Source: an uncultured Planctomycetales bacterium
Lineage (GTDB): Bacteria; Omnitrophota; Gorgyraeia; Zapsychrales; JBDRMG01
Direction: 5' to 3'
NCBI GenBank assembly: GCA_964478715.1
Contig: CAYZIY010000001.1
Span: 149,196 to 213,195, forward strand
DNA: 64,000 nt
Made by a program: the position numbers and the translations under genes. Of the stretch, positions 1 through 8,833 are shown in pieces. Numbering within the stretch: position 1 is the first letter of the stretch; every line of letters starts with the position of its first letter. Below the pieces are notes generated by a model. It worked only from the letters and a program-made list of their open reading frames with translations, was not told the DNA's origin and made no database searches.

Positions 1-3
1 TCT

Positions 4-306
4 TTGATAAGGATTGATTTTATTTTTTCTTTTTCATTCTATGAACAACAAGCGATAAAAAGAGCTAAGAAAGTTGATGTCATAAACTATCCTGTGAAAT
101 TTGCCTCACTGGAAGATATTATTGTCCATAAAATTCTGGCGGGCCGGGCGATTGACGAAGAAGACGTTAAGAGTATTATTATCAAAAATAAGAACAGAAT
201 TAACCAGGATTATATTAAGCGATGGCTTTCAGAATTCAAAAACATTGCAGAATATTCGGGCGCGGTAAAGAAATTCAAAAAAATTTTAAAACAAACAGCA
301 GATTAA
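4..306 (+). CDS. Hypothetical protein, probably a C-terminal fragment of a gene starting upstream of the window
   Basis: Open frame reaches the window edge; no recognisable catalytic motif; weak resemblance to C-terminal regions of nucleotidyltransferase-type proteins. Confidence 0.35.
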   Translation: MIRIDFIFSFSFYEQQAIKRAKKVDVINYPVKFASLEDIIVHKILAGRAIDEEDVKSIIIKNKNRINQDYIKRWLSEFKNIAEYSGAVKKFKKILKQTAD

Positions 307-329
307 AAAACTCTTCCCGCATATTCCTA

Positions 330-358
330 TTGGCAAAACAGCCTTCCTTTGTTACAAT
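330..358 (+). promoter_or_regulatory. Sigma70-like promoter (TTGGCA-17-TACAAT) upstream of the acetyl-CoA synthetase gene
   Basis: Hexamers read directly: ttggca at 330-335, 17-nt spacer, tacaat at 353-358, about 35 nt upstream of the ATG at 394. Confidence 0.4.
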
Positions 359-393
359 ACTTTCCTTAAACCAATAGAATAAATTTTTCATCC

Positions 394-2469
394 ATGACGC
401 AGATATCTTCAGCTTCAGCAAAAAATCTTCAGGCGCTCTTTAAGCCCCAAAGCGTGGCTGTGATCGGCGCTTCGGCTCATCCGCAGAAAATCGGACATAA
501 GATATTAAAAAATATTATCAACGGCGGATTTACCGGCGAGATCTATCCTGTCCATCCCAAAGAAAAAGAAATTCTGGGGAAAAAGGTTTTCGCTCATCTC
601 AAGGACATTCCGCAAGAAATCGACTATGCCATTATCGCCATTCCCTCGCTTTTGGTGATTCCGACCCTGGAAGAGTGCGGAAAAAATAAAGTCAAAAGTG
701 TGGCCATTATCACCTCCGGTTTTGGCGAAGTCGGCAAAACCAGGGAAGAGGAAAAGATCAAAGAGATCGCCGATCAATACGGCATGGCTCTGCTGGGGCC
801 CAATATGCTGGGCACGGTTTACACGCCTTCAAATCTCAATGCCAGTTTTGGGCCGCCGACGGTACTGCCCGGGAAAATCGCTTTTATCTCTCAGAGCGGC
901 GCCCTGGCGATTGCCCTGATGGGCTGGACCGTGATGGAGCAAATCGGGCTGGCCTCATTGGTGAGCTTCGGCAACAAGGCCGATATTCAGGAAAAAGAGC
1001 TGATTGAATATTTTAATGAGGATGAAAATGTGAATTCTATCCTGATCTACATGGAAGGCCTCAAAGACGGCCGGGCGTTTATGGAGACAAAGGTAAAAAA
1101 GCCGGTGGTCATGCTGAAGGTCGGCTCAAGCCAGCGCGGAGCCAAGGCCGCGGCCTCGCACACCGGATCCTTAGCCGGATCGGATAAAATTTTTAGCGCC
1201 GCGTTTAAACAGCTGGGCATTTTGCGCGCCCATACCTTTGATCAGGCTTTTAACTGGGCGCGCACATTTACCCTGCCGATTCCTCAGGGCGAGGAGACGG
1301 TGATCATCACCAACGGCGGTGGCATCGGGGTGACATCCACCGATCAATGTGAATTTGTCGGCATCAAGCTCATGGATGATCCCGACTGGCTTGAAGAAAA
1401 ATTCCGTTCGACCATGCCGGATTTCGGAAGCAGTAAAAATCCGATCGATATCACCGGTCAGGGACGGGTGGAGGAATACCGCAAGGCCGTTCATGTGGCT
1501 TTAAACGAAGACCGTATCAAGGCCGCGATTATTCTTTATTGCGAAACCGCCGTAGCCGATGCCAAGGAAATCGCTCGGGCGATCGAAGAAGAATATGGCA
1601 AGATTGGGCGCAACAAGCCGATGGTGGTCACTATGGTCGGCGGAGAGAATGTGCGCGAAGCCATTTATTATCTTAACAGCAAACATATTCCGGCCTTTAG
1701 CGCGGTCAATGAGGCGGTTTCATCATTAAAGGTTCTTTTTGACTGGCAGGCGATCGCCAATCGTGAAAAGGAAACCGTTAAGATTGACAGCCCTCCGCAG
1801 GAGGCGCTGGATATCATTGGAGACATCAAGAAAGAAAAGCGAGAGGTTTTAATGGAGCATGAGGCGCGAAAAGTTTTAGAGCTTTGTGGTGTTCCCATGC
1901 CCAAATGGGGATTTGCCACCAGCTGTGAGGAAGCGGTCACTCAAGCCAAGGATATGTATCCGCTGGCCATGAAGATTGCCTCTCCCGATATCATTCACAA
2001 ATCCGATGTGGGAGGCGTGGTTGTTAATATTAGGGATGAAGAACAATTGAAAACGGAATATAACCAAATGATGGAACGGATCAAAATGCGCCAGCCGGAA
2101 GCCAAGATTTTGGGCGTGAATCTAATCCAGATGGTCAAAGGGATCGAGTGCATCATCGGCTTAAGCCAGGATCCTCAATTCGGTCCCACGGTAATGTTTG
2201 GGCTAGGCGGGGTATTGGTTGAGGCCCTTAAAGATGTGTCTTTCCGGATCGTTCCTTTCGGCAAGCTGGAGGCCGAGCGTCTTTTGGGCGATATCAAAGG
2301 ACGAAAGATCCTCAAAGGTTTTCGCGGGATGAAAGCCGATCAAACCACTTTGATCCAAACGATGATGGCCATTCAAAAACTCGCCTTTCACGTTAAAGAA
2401 ATCGACATCAATCCTCTGATGACCAGCAACGACGGGAGTTACGCGGTCGATGCCAGGATTATCCTTTAG
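394..2469 (+). CDS. ADP-forming acetyl-CoA synthetase / NDP-forming acyl-CoA synthetase, fused alpha-beta form with CoA-binding, ligase-CoA and ATP-grasp domains
   Basis: N-terminal CoA-binding Rossmann motif VAVIGAS...KIGH, succinyl-CoA-ligase-like middle region, C-terminal ATP-grasp (EHEARKVLELCGVP...); 691 aa is typical for fused Acd. Confidence 0.88.
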   Translation: MTQISSASAKNLQALFKPQSVAVIGASAHPQKIGHKILKNIINGGFTGEIYPVHPKEKEILGKKVFAHLKDIPQEIDYAIIAIPSLLVIPTLEECGKNKVKSVAIITSGFGEVGKTREEEKIKEIADQYGMALLGPNMLGTVYTPSNLNASFGPPTVLPGKIAFISQSGALAIALMGWTVMEQIGLASLVSFGNKADIQEKELIEYFNEDENVNSILIYMEGLKDGRAFMETKVKKPVVMLKVGSSQRGAKAAASHTGSLAGSDKIFSAAFKQLGILRAHTFDQAFNWARTFTLPIPQGEETVIITNGGGIGVTSTDQCEFVGIKLMDDPDWLEEKFRSTMPDFGSSKNPIDITGQGRVEEYRKAVHVALNEDRIKAAIILYCETAVADAKEIARAIEEEYGKIGRNKPMVVTMVGGENVREAIYYLNSKHIPAFSAVNEAVSSLKVLFDWQAIANREKETVKIDSPPQEALDIIGDIKKEKREVLMEHEARKVLELCGVPMPKWGFATSCEEAVTQAKDMYPLAMKIASPDIIHKSDVGGVVVNIRDEEQLKTEYNQMMERIKMRQPEAKILGVNLIQMVKGIECIIGLSQDPQFGPTVMFGLGGVLVEALKDVSFRIVPFGKLEAERLLGDIKGRKILKGFRGMKADQTTLIQTMMAIQKLAFHVKEIDINPLMTSNDGSYAVDARIIL

Positions 2470-3586
2470 AAAAAAAGTTATTCCTTTCTTTTTATTCGTC
2501 TTAATCTTTTTCTGCAGCGGATGCATCCGGTCCCAGGAGCATCTGATCGTGACCGATGACGGGTCTGGAACTCTTGCGGCCCAGATCTTTGTACCTCAAG
2601 GGACAGTGATGATCGTTGATCAAATGCTTGGCGGCATGATGCGCGGCATGCAAAAGGCCTTTGGCGGTCAGCAGAATGAAATGTCCGGGAGTATCGCCGA
2701 AGAAATGTTTGGAAGCCAGGAGGGGATGCAGAAAGCCGCAGATCGAGCCGGCTGCCAGATCAACTTTCTCGATTTTCGCAAACGCAAAACCCAAGACGGA
2801 TTGACTGTCAGCTATACGTTTGAATTTGACGATGTGGCGAAATTGGGGCGCAGCGGGATTTTGAGCATGAAAATGAACATCGAGAAAACTCCCGGCGGCC
2901 TTTGGGTTGTCAGCCCCATGGAATCACCGGAGAAAATCCAGGAATCCACCAGTCAGATGCAGGCCTTTGAGGAATTTCAGAAAACAGGGGATTTTACCGG
3001 CATGCAAAAAGCTCAGCAGCAGATGGTTGAAAAAGCTTTTCAGGATTTAAAAATTGTTTTTCTTCTTCAGTTTCCCGGAAGAATTTCGCAGGTCAGCGGG
3101 ATATTTGAGCGGGAAGACGCCCGGACAGCGCGCATTACCATCAGCGGAGATTTACTCAAAGATCCGACCATAGTTCAAAAGATTTACGGGATGGACAGCG
3201 GCAATTCCCAGGCGGTGTGGTCTGCCACAGGAAAAAGGGCGGATGCTTCAGCCCGGCCGCCGCAAAGGCAAACCCGACGGAAAGAAAAACGCGAGAGGCT
3301 TGATTATTGGGGTGATCGGGAGGATGGTTTTGTTGTCTATGAGAGAAATCAAAAAGACATGCCGGTTTGGGGTGATCCGAAGAGTCCTCAACCGCAGAGT
3401 CCGCCAATGCAGAACCAAAACCAGAATCCGTCATCTGCTTGGAAAACGATTAGTTTGAAAAACGGGAGTCAAGTCAAAGGCCGCCTAGTCAATGAAACCG
3501 AAGATTTCATCACGCTCAGCGTGCGGGGCGTGGAAGTGAAATATTATCGGGATGAATTCACATCTGCAGAAAATCTGCCGGAATAA
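2450..3586 (+). CDS. Putative lipoprotein, Gln/Met-rich, function unknown
   Basis: Signal peptide ending in a lipobox-like FFCSGC; low-complexity Q/M-rich middle; small beta-rich C-terminal domain. Confidence 0.55.
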   Translation: MPGLSFRKKVIPFFLFVLIFFCSGCIRSQEHLIVTDDGSGTLAAQIFVPQGTVMIVDQMLGGMMRGMQKAFGGQQNEMSGSIAEEMFGSQEGMQKAADRAGCQINFLDFRKRKTQDGLTVSYTFEFDDVAKLGRSGILSMKMNIEKTPGGLWVVSPMESPEKIQESTSQMQAFEEFQKTGDFTGMQKAQQQMVEKAFQDLKIVFLLQFPGRISQVSGIFEREDARTARITISGDLLKDPTIVQKIYGMDSGNSQAVWSATGKRADASARPPQRQTRRKEKRERLDYWGDREDGFVVYERNQKDMPVWGDPKSPQPQSPPMQNQNQNPSSAWKTISLKNGSQVKGRLVNETEDFITLSVRGVEVKYYRDEFTSAENLPE

Positions 3587-3701
3587 CCAATAACCAAGAC
3601 ACAAGTCATACCCAAATTCCAATACCCATTTACCTTGCTGCAGAATGCCAGTTTTTCCGTTCTTGGCGGAGCGGGCGCCAGGGGCGTGCATGAAATGCTG
3701 C

Positions 3702-4604
3702 TTAGAAGTTGTACACCACAGATGAAATTATTCTAAAATCATTCTTTTTGGTTTCTGCCGACGGATGTGAATTATATTCATCGATAAAGCTCAAACGCAG
3801 CGCCGTACGGTCACTGAAATTGTTTGTCAGACTGCTTTCTGAATAAAAGCGGTACTCGCCAAAATCACTCAATGACGGATAGAGCGTTATCTGTTGGCTA
3901 AAGACCAGATTTTTCAACAAGGTTTTTTCAAAGAAAGCCCGGGGAACCAAAATGGCCTCATGGGAGTTTTCCGTTTCATCCCGGTAATTCGTATGCTCAT
4001 AACCGAGGCCGATTTCGGCCATGGCTTTCAAAGGCGGCTGATCGCTGAACCAGTAGCCGATACCGGTTGAAGGGGTGAGACGATAGTTGATATTAGCAAA
4101 TCGGTCGCGGCTGCCTTCGAGCTTGGTGAAGTGATACCACTTAAGAGAATCGGAGAAACTATAGGCATAACGAATCAGTCCGCGATAGTACTGGGTATCC
4201 ATCTTCTGGTCGGAGGAGCCATAAATGCCGGAGGCTTCAAAATTGAATTCATTGTCCTTAGTTTTTCTATGCATTTTAAGCGCGGCTTCACCGGCCTGGT
4301 TTTCGGTATTGCCTCCGGTTTGGCTGTAGCCGAGAGAAATTTCATTATTCCAGAGGTTCTGGGGCGGCTCAGCTTGCATTTCCTCCTTTGGGAAAACAGA
4401 TCCGCTACTGTCTTTTAGATGATCTTTGCTGATGGTCAGTGTGCCCAGAATTTCGGATTGCACGACAATCTCTTTTCCAGAGTCCATCACAATGTTTCCG
4501 CTGATCCGGTCTCCGTTTGTGAGAATAATTTCTTTGGCCGAGGCCCTGCTCACAAGAAGACAGCAACAGAGGATGGATAATAAAACAGTAGTAATGATTT
4601 TCAT
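3702..4604 (-). CDS. Outer-membrane beta-barrel protein, DUF481/YdiY-like
   Basis: N-terminal signal peptide (MKIITTVLLSILCCCLLVSRASA), alternating amphipathic beta-strand pattern, C-terminal aromatic residue (..VVYNF); the only minus-strand gene in the window. Confidence 0.55.
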   Translation of the reverse strand: MKIITTVLLSILCCCLLVSRASAKEIILTNGDRISGNIVMDSGKEIVVQSEILGTLTISKDHLKDSSGSVFPKEEMQAEPPQNLWNNEISLGYSQTGGNTENQAGEAALKMHRKTKDNEFNFEASGIYGSSDQKMDTQYYRGLIRYAYSFSDSLKWYHFTKLEGSRDRFANINYRLTPSTGIGYWFSDQPPLKAMAEIGLGYEHTNYRDETENSHEAILVPRAFFEKTLLKNLVFSQQITLYPSLSDFGEYRFYSESSLTNNFSDRTALRLSFIDEYNSHPSAETKKNDFRIISSVVYNF

Positions 4605-4814
4605 AAGAATACTCCTTTTTGATAGTGATTTTTATGGTCGTTATTATAATACAGCCTTAATCAAAGTCAAATTTTGCAAAATGCCGGCTCCAGACGTAAA
4701 GTCCGCTAAAGTGGTTTACTTCATTTTCCGGCTATAATATAATACTGACAACTTGATCACAAGGGTGTTTTATGACCAAGCGCTTGAAAGAAGCTTGAAA
4801 CAGAAAATCAGCAT

Positions 4815-6728
4815 ATGAAAAATCTCTCGGCCAATAAACTTCTGGAAGAATTCATGAATACCGTTCCGGATGTTGTCTATATCAAAGACAAAAAGGGGCG
4901 GTTTTTGTTTGTCAATGAGGCCCATGCCCGCGGGGCAGGATGCAGGCCCAAAGAGCTGATCGGTAAAACCGATTATGATATCTTTCCGAAAGAAAAAGCC
5001 CGGCGCATGGCTAAAGACGATGAATTTGTTTTTACAAAAGGCAAGTCGATCATCGATAAAATCGAGCGTTCCACCCGCGTGGACGGGGTGGATAACTATG
5101 TGTCCACCACCAAGATACCCCGCTTTGATACCAAAAGGAGGGTGATCGGCTTGATCGGTATGACCCGCGATGTGACACGGCGTGTACGTCGCGAGCGTCT
5201 GCATCAGCGGCGGGCCCGCCGCGAGCAGAAAATCGAGATGCTTTCGGATTTCAATGAGATGAAAAGCGAATTCGTCTCCACCGTTTCGCATGAAATCAAA
5301 ACGCCTTTGGCCATCATCAAACAGCTCGTACTTTTGCTGTTAAATGAAAACGTGGGTAGTGTCAGCCAGCGTCAGAGAGAGGCCCTGGTTAAAGCGTCTA
5401 AAAATTTGGATCGCCTGCAAAGCACGGTCGATAAACTGCTGGATATTTCCAAAATCGAAGGCAAACGTTTGACCCTGCGCTATTCTTTGGTCAACATTAA
5501 TACCCTGCTTAAAGATTCCGAGAAGTTCTTCAAGGAATTGGCGGCGGAGAAAAATATCCGGCTGCGCTATCATTATCCCCAAAAAGAGGTGAATCTCTTT
5601 GTCGATGCCGACCGGATCGTTCAGATTTTAACCAATCTGGTCAACAATGCCATCAAATTCACCGAAGAGCACGGGCACATTGATGTCAAAATCGATGTCC
5701 TTGAGACCAAAGTGCGTATTGGGGTGATCGATTCCGGTGAGGGGATTGCGCCTTTGGATATTCCCCACGTCTTTGAAAAATTCACCCAGATGACCAAAGA
5801 CTCAAAGAAGGCCGGTCGGGGCATCGGTTTGGGGCTGTCCATTGTCCGAGAGCTCGTTGAGCGCCATGGCGGGGAAATATGGGTGGAATCTAAATTGGGG
5901 CTGGGCAGTCAATTTTATTTTACCCTGCCGCGTTTTTATACGGCCCAGCTTTTGGGAAAGCGTGTCAAAGACAATATCAAAAGATATCTGCAGAGAAGGC
6001 AGTCTGTCTGCCTGGTCAATATTTTGATTGTCAACTACGAGGAGTTCCGCAAGAAAATCGGCTTAAGCTCAGCGATAATGCAGCGGCATTGGAAAAAGCT
6101 GATCAAAGATGTTTGCGGAAGCCTTTCGCTATCCTCGGACAATATCAAAAACATCGCCGCCTTGAACATGGGCAAAGGCAAATACAGCGTGCTCTTTCCC
6201 AATATAAAGGAAGAGATCGTTAATGGATTTTGCCGCAGACTGCGTGATACCACCAAAAGATATTTTACTGAAAGAAAAATGGACGATGTTTTTATTGCTT
6301 TGGGAATCTTATCTTATCCTTCTACTTCAAAAGCAAAGACGCGGGACATGGCTCCGGAGATGGGCATTCGGGAAATGTATATCGGCGCCGAAGTGCGCCG
6401 GTTTAAGCGCATCAAATATAAAACAAAGCTCAATGTTATTTCGCCTTTAAAAAAGAAAGCGAAATGCGAAACTGTTGATCTTTCCCAGGGCGGCTTGTGT
6501 TTTATCGCTCCAATGAAATTGAAAACTGATGAGAAAATAACGGTGCGCCTGCGGATTTTGAAACGAAATAAATGGATCACCGCCAAAGGCCGGGTGTCCT
6601 GGATCAAGCAGTGCGATCCTCAGCCCGGGCGGCTGATCGATGTTTATCGAATCGGATTGGAGTTTATTGATCTTAAGGCAACAGACCGGAAAATGCTTTT
6701 AAAGGAGCTGAAGCTGTATTATGAGTAA
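4815..6728 (+). CDS. Sensor histidine kinase: PAS - HisKA - HATPase_c - degenerate GGDEF-like module - C-terminal PilZ domain
   Basis: H-box FVSTVSHEIKTPL; N/G-box NLVNNAIKFT / GRGIGLGLSIV; C-terminus has the PilZ motifs RRFKR (RxxxR) and DLSQGG (DxSxGG). Confidence 0.85.
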   Translation: MKNLSANKLLEEFMNTVPDVVYIKDKKGRFLFVNEAHARGAGCRPKELIGKTDYDIFPKEKARRMAKDDEFVFTKGKSIIDKIERSTRVDGVDNYVSTTKIPRFDTKRRVIGLIGMTRDVTRRVRRERLHQRRARREQKIEMLSDFNEMKSEFVSTVSHEIKTPLAIIKQLVLLLLNENVGSVSQRQREALVKASKNLDRLQSTVDKLLDISKIEGKRLTLRYSLVNINTLLKDSEKFFKELAAEKNIRLRYHYPQKEVNLFVDADRIVQILTNLVNNAIKFTEEHGHIDVKIDVLETKVRIGVIDSGEGIAPLDIPHVFEKFTQMTKDSKKAGRGIGLGLSIVRELVERHGGEIWVESKLGLGSQFYFTLPRFYTAQLLGKRVKDNIKRYLQRRQSVCLVNILIVNYEEFRKKIGLSSAIMQRHWKKLIKDVCGSLSLSSDNIKNIAALNMGKGKYSVLFPNIKEEIVNGFCRRLRDTTKRYFTERKMDDVFIALGILSYPSTSKAKTRDMAPEMGIREMYIGAEVRRFKRIKYKTKLNVISPLKKKAKCETVDLSQGGLCFIAPMKLKTDEKITVRLRILKRNKWITAKGRVSWIKQCDPQPGRLIDVYRIGLEFIDLKATDRKMLLKELKLYYE

Positions 6729-7104
6729 AAAAAAGATTCTTCTGGTGGATGATGAAGAGGATATGGTTTATGCTGTGCGTCTGCAGCTCGAATCCAACGG
6801 CTATCAGGTGAGCGTGGCGCAAGACGGTAAGACTGCTTTAGAAAAGGCCCGCAGCGAAAAACCAGATTGTATGATTCTTGATGTTATGCTTCCTAAGATC
6901 GACGGTTATAAAGTCTGCCGGATGTTAAAATTCGACGAGAAATATCAAAAGATCCCCGTTATTCTTTTTACGGCCAGGGGCCAGAAGGCCGATGAGCAGG
7001 TGGGCTATGAAGTCGGGGCCGATGCCTATTTGACCAAACCCTTTGATCCCGATAAACTGCTTTCAAAAATCAATGAGCTGCTTAAGACAAAAGATACCTC
7101 ATGA
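6721..7104 (+). CDS. Single-domain response regulator (CheY-like receiver)
   Basis: DDEED acidic pocket, phospho-acceptor D in MILDVMLP, conserved T and K (LFTARGQ...YLTKPF). Confidence 0.85.
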   Translation: MSKKKILLVDDEEDMVYAVRLQLESNGYQVSVAQDGKTALEKARSEKPDCMILDVMLPKIDGYKVCRMLKFDEKYQKIPVILFTARGQKADEQVGYEVGADAYLTKPFDPDKLLSKINELLKTKDTS

Positions 7105-8795
7105 GTGATTTTCCCCGTAGAGAAAGAGAATTGATCGATCTGCTTTTAAAAGAAAAGCTGATCAACGAAGACATGCTCAATCAGGCTCGAGAGGAGACCC
7201 AAAAGACGGGTTTAAGTGTGATGCGGGCTTTAGAGAAACTCGGCTTCGTGGTGGATGATAATCTTTTAAAGATTCAGGCCGAGGCGCTGGGCGTGCCCTA
7301 TATGGATGTGGCCGATTATCAGATCGACAAGCAGTTGATCAAGGCCCTTCCTAAGGATGGGGCTCAAAAATTCAAAGCCGTACCGCTTTTTAAAATCGGA
7401 CAGAATTTAACCGTGGGCATGCTCGATCCGCAGGATGTCCTGGCCTTGGATGAGATACGTAAAATCTCAGGCATGGAAACGGTCGAGCCCGTTTTGATTT
7501 CCGAGCGCGGTTTTCAGCGGGTGATCGATGTGTTTTACGGGGCGCAAGATTCTCTGCAGGCTTTGATCAGCGCTATTGAGCGCGATCAGAAAATCCAGAA
7601 GCAGGGACGCAGTCTCACCGAGATCGCCGAAGAGGCTCCGGTGATCAAATTGGTGAATGCGATTTTCTTAGAGGCCATGCGCTTAAGGGCCTCAGATATC
7701 CATATTGAACCCGAAGAAGATTATGTCCGGATTCGCTTAAGGATCGATGGGGTTTTAAGGGAGTTGATTCAGATGCCGAAATCGATTCAAAGTCTGGTGA
7801 CCTCACGCGTCAAAATTCTCTCGACGATGGATATTGCCGAGTCGCGCCGGCCGCAGGACGGGCGTATCCAGCTGGAGCTTGAGGACAAACAGCTTGACGT
7901 GAGGGTTTCCACATTTCCGACGATTCACGGCGAGAATGTGGTGATGCGTCTGCTTGAAAAATCTTCCGTTTTATTCGGGCTTAAAGATATCGGTTTTGGA
8001 GAAAAAGAACTTAAGGCCTTTGAGCAGGTGATCCAAAGGCCCTACGGGATTATTTTCATTACCGGTCCGACGGGAAGCGGTAAAACCACGACCCTTTATT
8101 CGGCGCTGACAACCATCAGCTCGATGGAAAAAAATATCGTCACAATCGAAGATCCGGTAGAATATGAGCTTCCCTTGATCCGCCAGACCCAGGTCAATCC
8201 TAAGGCGAATGTCACCTTCTCTAACGGTCTGCGCAGTATTTTGCGGCAGGATCCGGATGTGATTATGGTCGGGGAAATCCGCGATAAGGAAACCGCCGAG
8301 ATCGCGATTCAGGCGGCCTTGACTGGCCATCTGGTTTTCTCCACCTTGCATACCAATGATGCGACATCCGCCTTGACGCGCTTGATTGATATGGGTGTTG
8401 AGCCGTTTCTGATTGCCACCTCCACGATCGGTATTTTGGCACAGCGTCTGGTGCGCGAAATCTGTCCGAAATGTAAAGAAGAATTCAAGCCGCCCAAAGA
8501 ATTGCTTAAAGATCTGGGATTGAGGGTGAGCGCGAAATCCAAGGATTCCTTCTATAAAGGAAAGGGATGTCCGGCTTGTCATCAGACAGGCTATTTAGGG
8601 CGCAGCGGCATTTTTGAGCTGCTTTTGATCGATGAAGATATCCGCCGGATGACCGAAGAAAGAAAATCCACGGATGATATCAAGAAGAAGGCTCTTAGCC
8701 AAGAGATGATTACGCTTAAAGAAAACGGGCTTAAAAAAGCACGCCAAGGAATCACGACGATTGAGGAAGTGCTGAGAGTAACGGAGGTTGTATAA
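7101..8795 (+). CDS. GspE/PilB-family type II secretion / type IV pilus assembly ATPase (copy 1)
   Basis: N-terminal GspE_N-like domain, Walker A GPTGSGKTTT, Asp and His boxes, C-terminal tetracysteine CPKC...CPAC. Confidence 0.9.
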   Translation: MSDFPRRERELIDLLLKEKLINEDMLNQAREETQKTGLSVMRALEKLGFVVDDNLLKIQAEALGVPYMDVADYQIDKQLIKALPKDGAQKFKAVPLFKIGQNLTVGMLDPQDVLALDEIRKISGMETVEPVLISERGFQRVIDVFYGAQDSLQALISAIERDQKIQKQGRSLTEIAEEAPVIKLVNAIFLEAMRLRASDIHIEPEEDYVRIRLRIDGVLRELIQMPKSIQSLVTSRVKILSTMDIAESRRPQDGRIQLELEDKQLDVRVSTFPTIHGENVVMRLLEKSSVLFGLKDIGFGEKELKAFEQVIQRPYGIIFITGPTGSGKTTTLYSALTTISSMEKNIVTIEDPVEYELPLIRQTQVNPKANVTFSNGLRSILRQDPDVIMVGEIRDKETAEIAIQAALTGHLVFSTLHTNDATSALTRLIDMGVEPFLIATSTIGILAQRLVREICPKCKEEFKPPKELLKDLGLRVSAKSKDSFYKGKGCPACHQTGYLGRSGIFELLLIDEDIRRMTEERKSTDDIKKKALSQEMITLKENGLKKARQGITTIEEVLRVTEVV

Positions 8796-8833
8796 AAACA
8801 TGAAAGCTCTAAATCCTAAGTTCTAAGGAAAAG

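Noticed and set aside
5340-6607. Several 60-100-aa minus-strand ORFs inside the PilZ-kinase gene
   Set aside because: They overlap a well-supported + strand gene and have no homology signals.
7971-8582. Minus-strand 203-aa ORF inside the first GspE/PilB gene
   Set aside because: It is antisense to a highly conserved ATPase core, with no RBS or promoter. It is an artefact of GC-rich codon usage.
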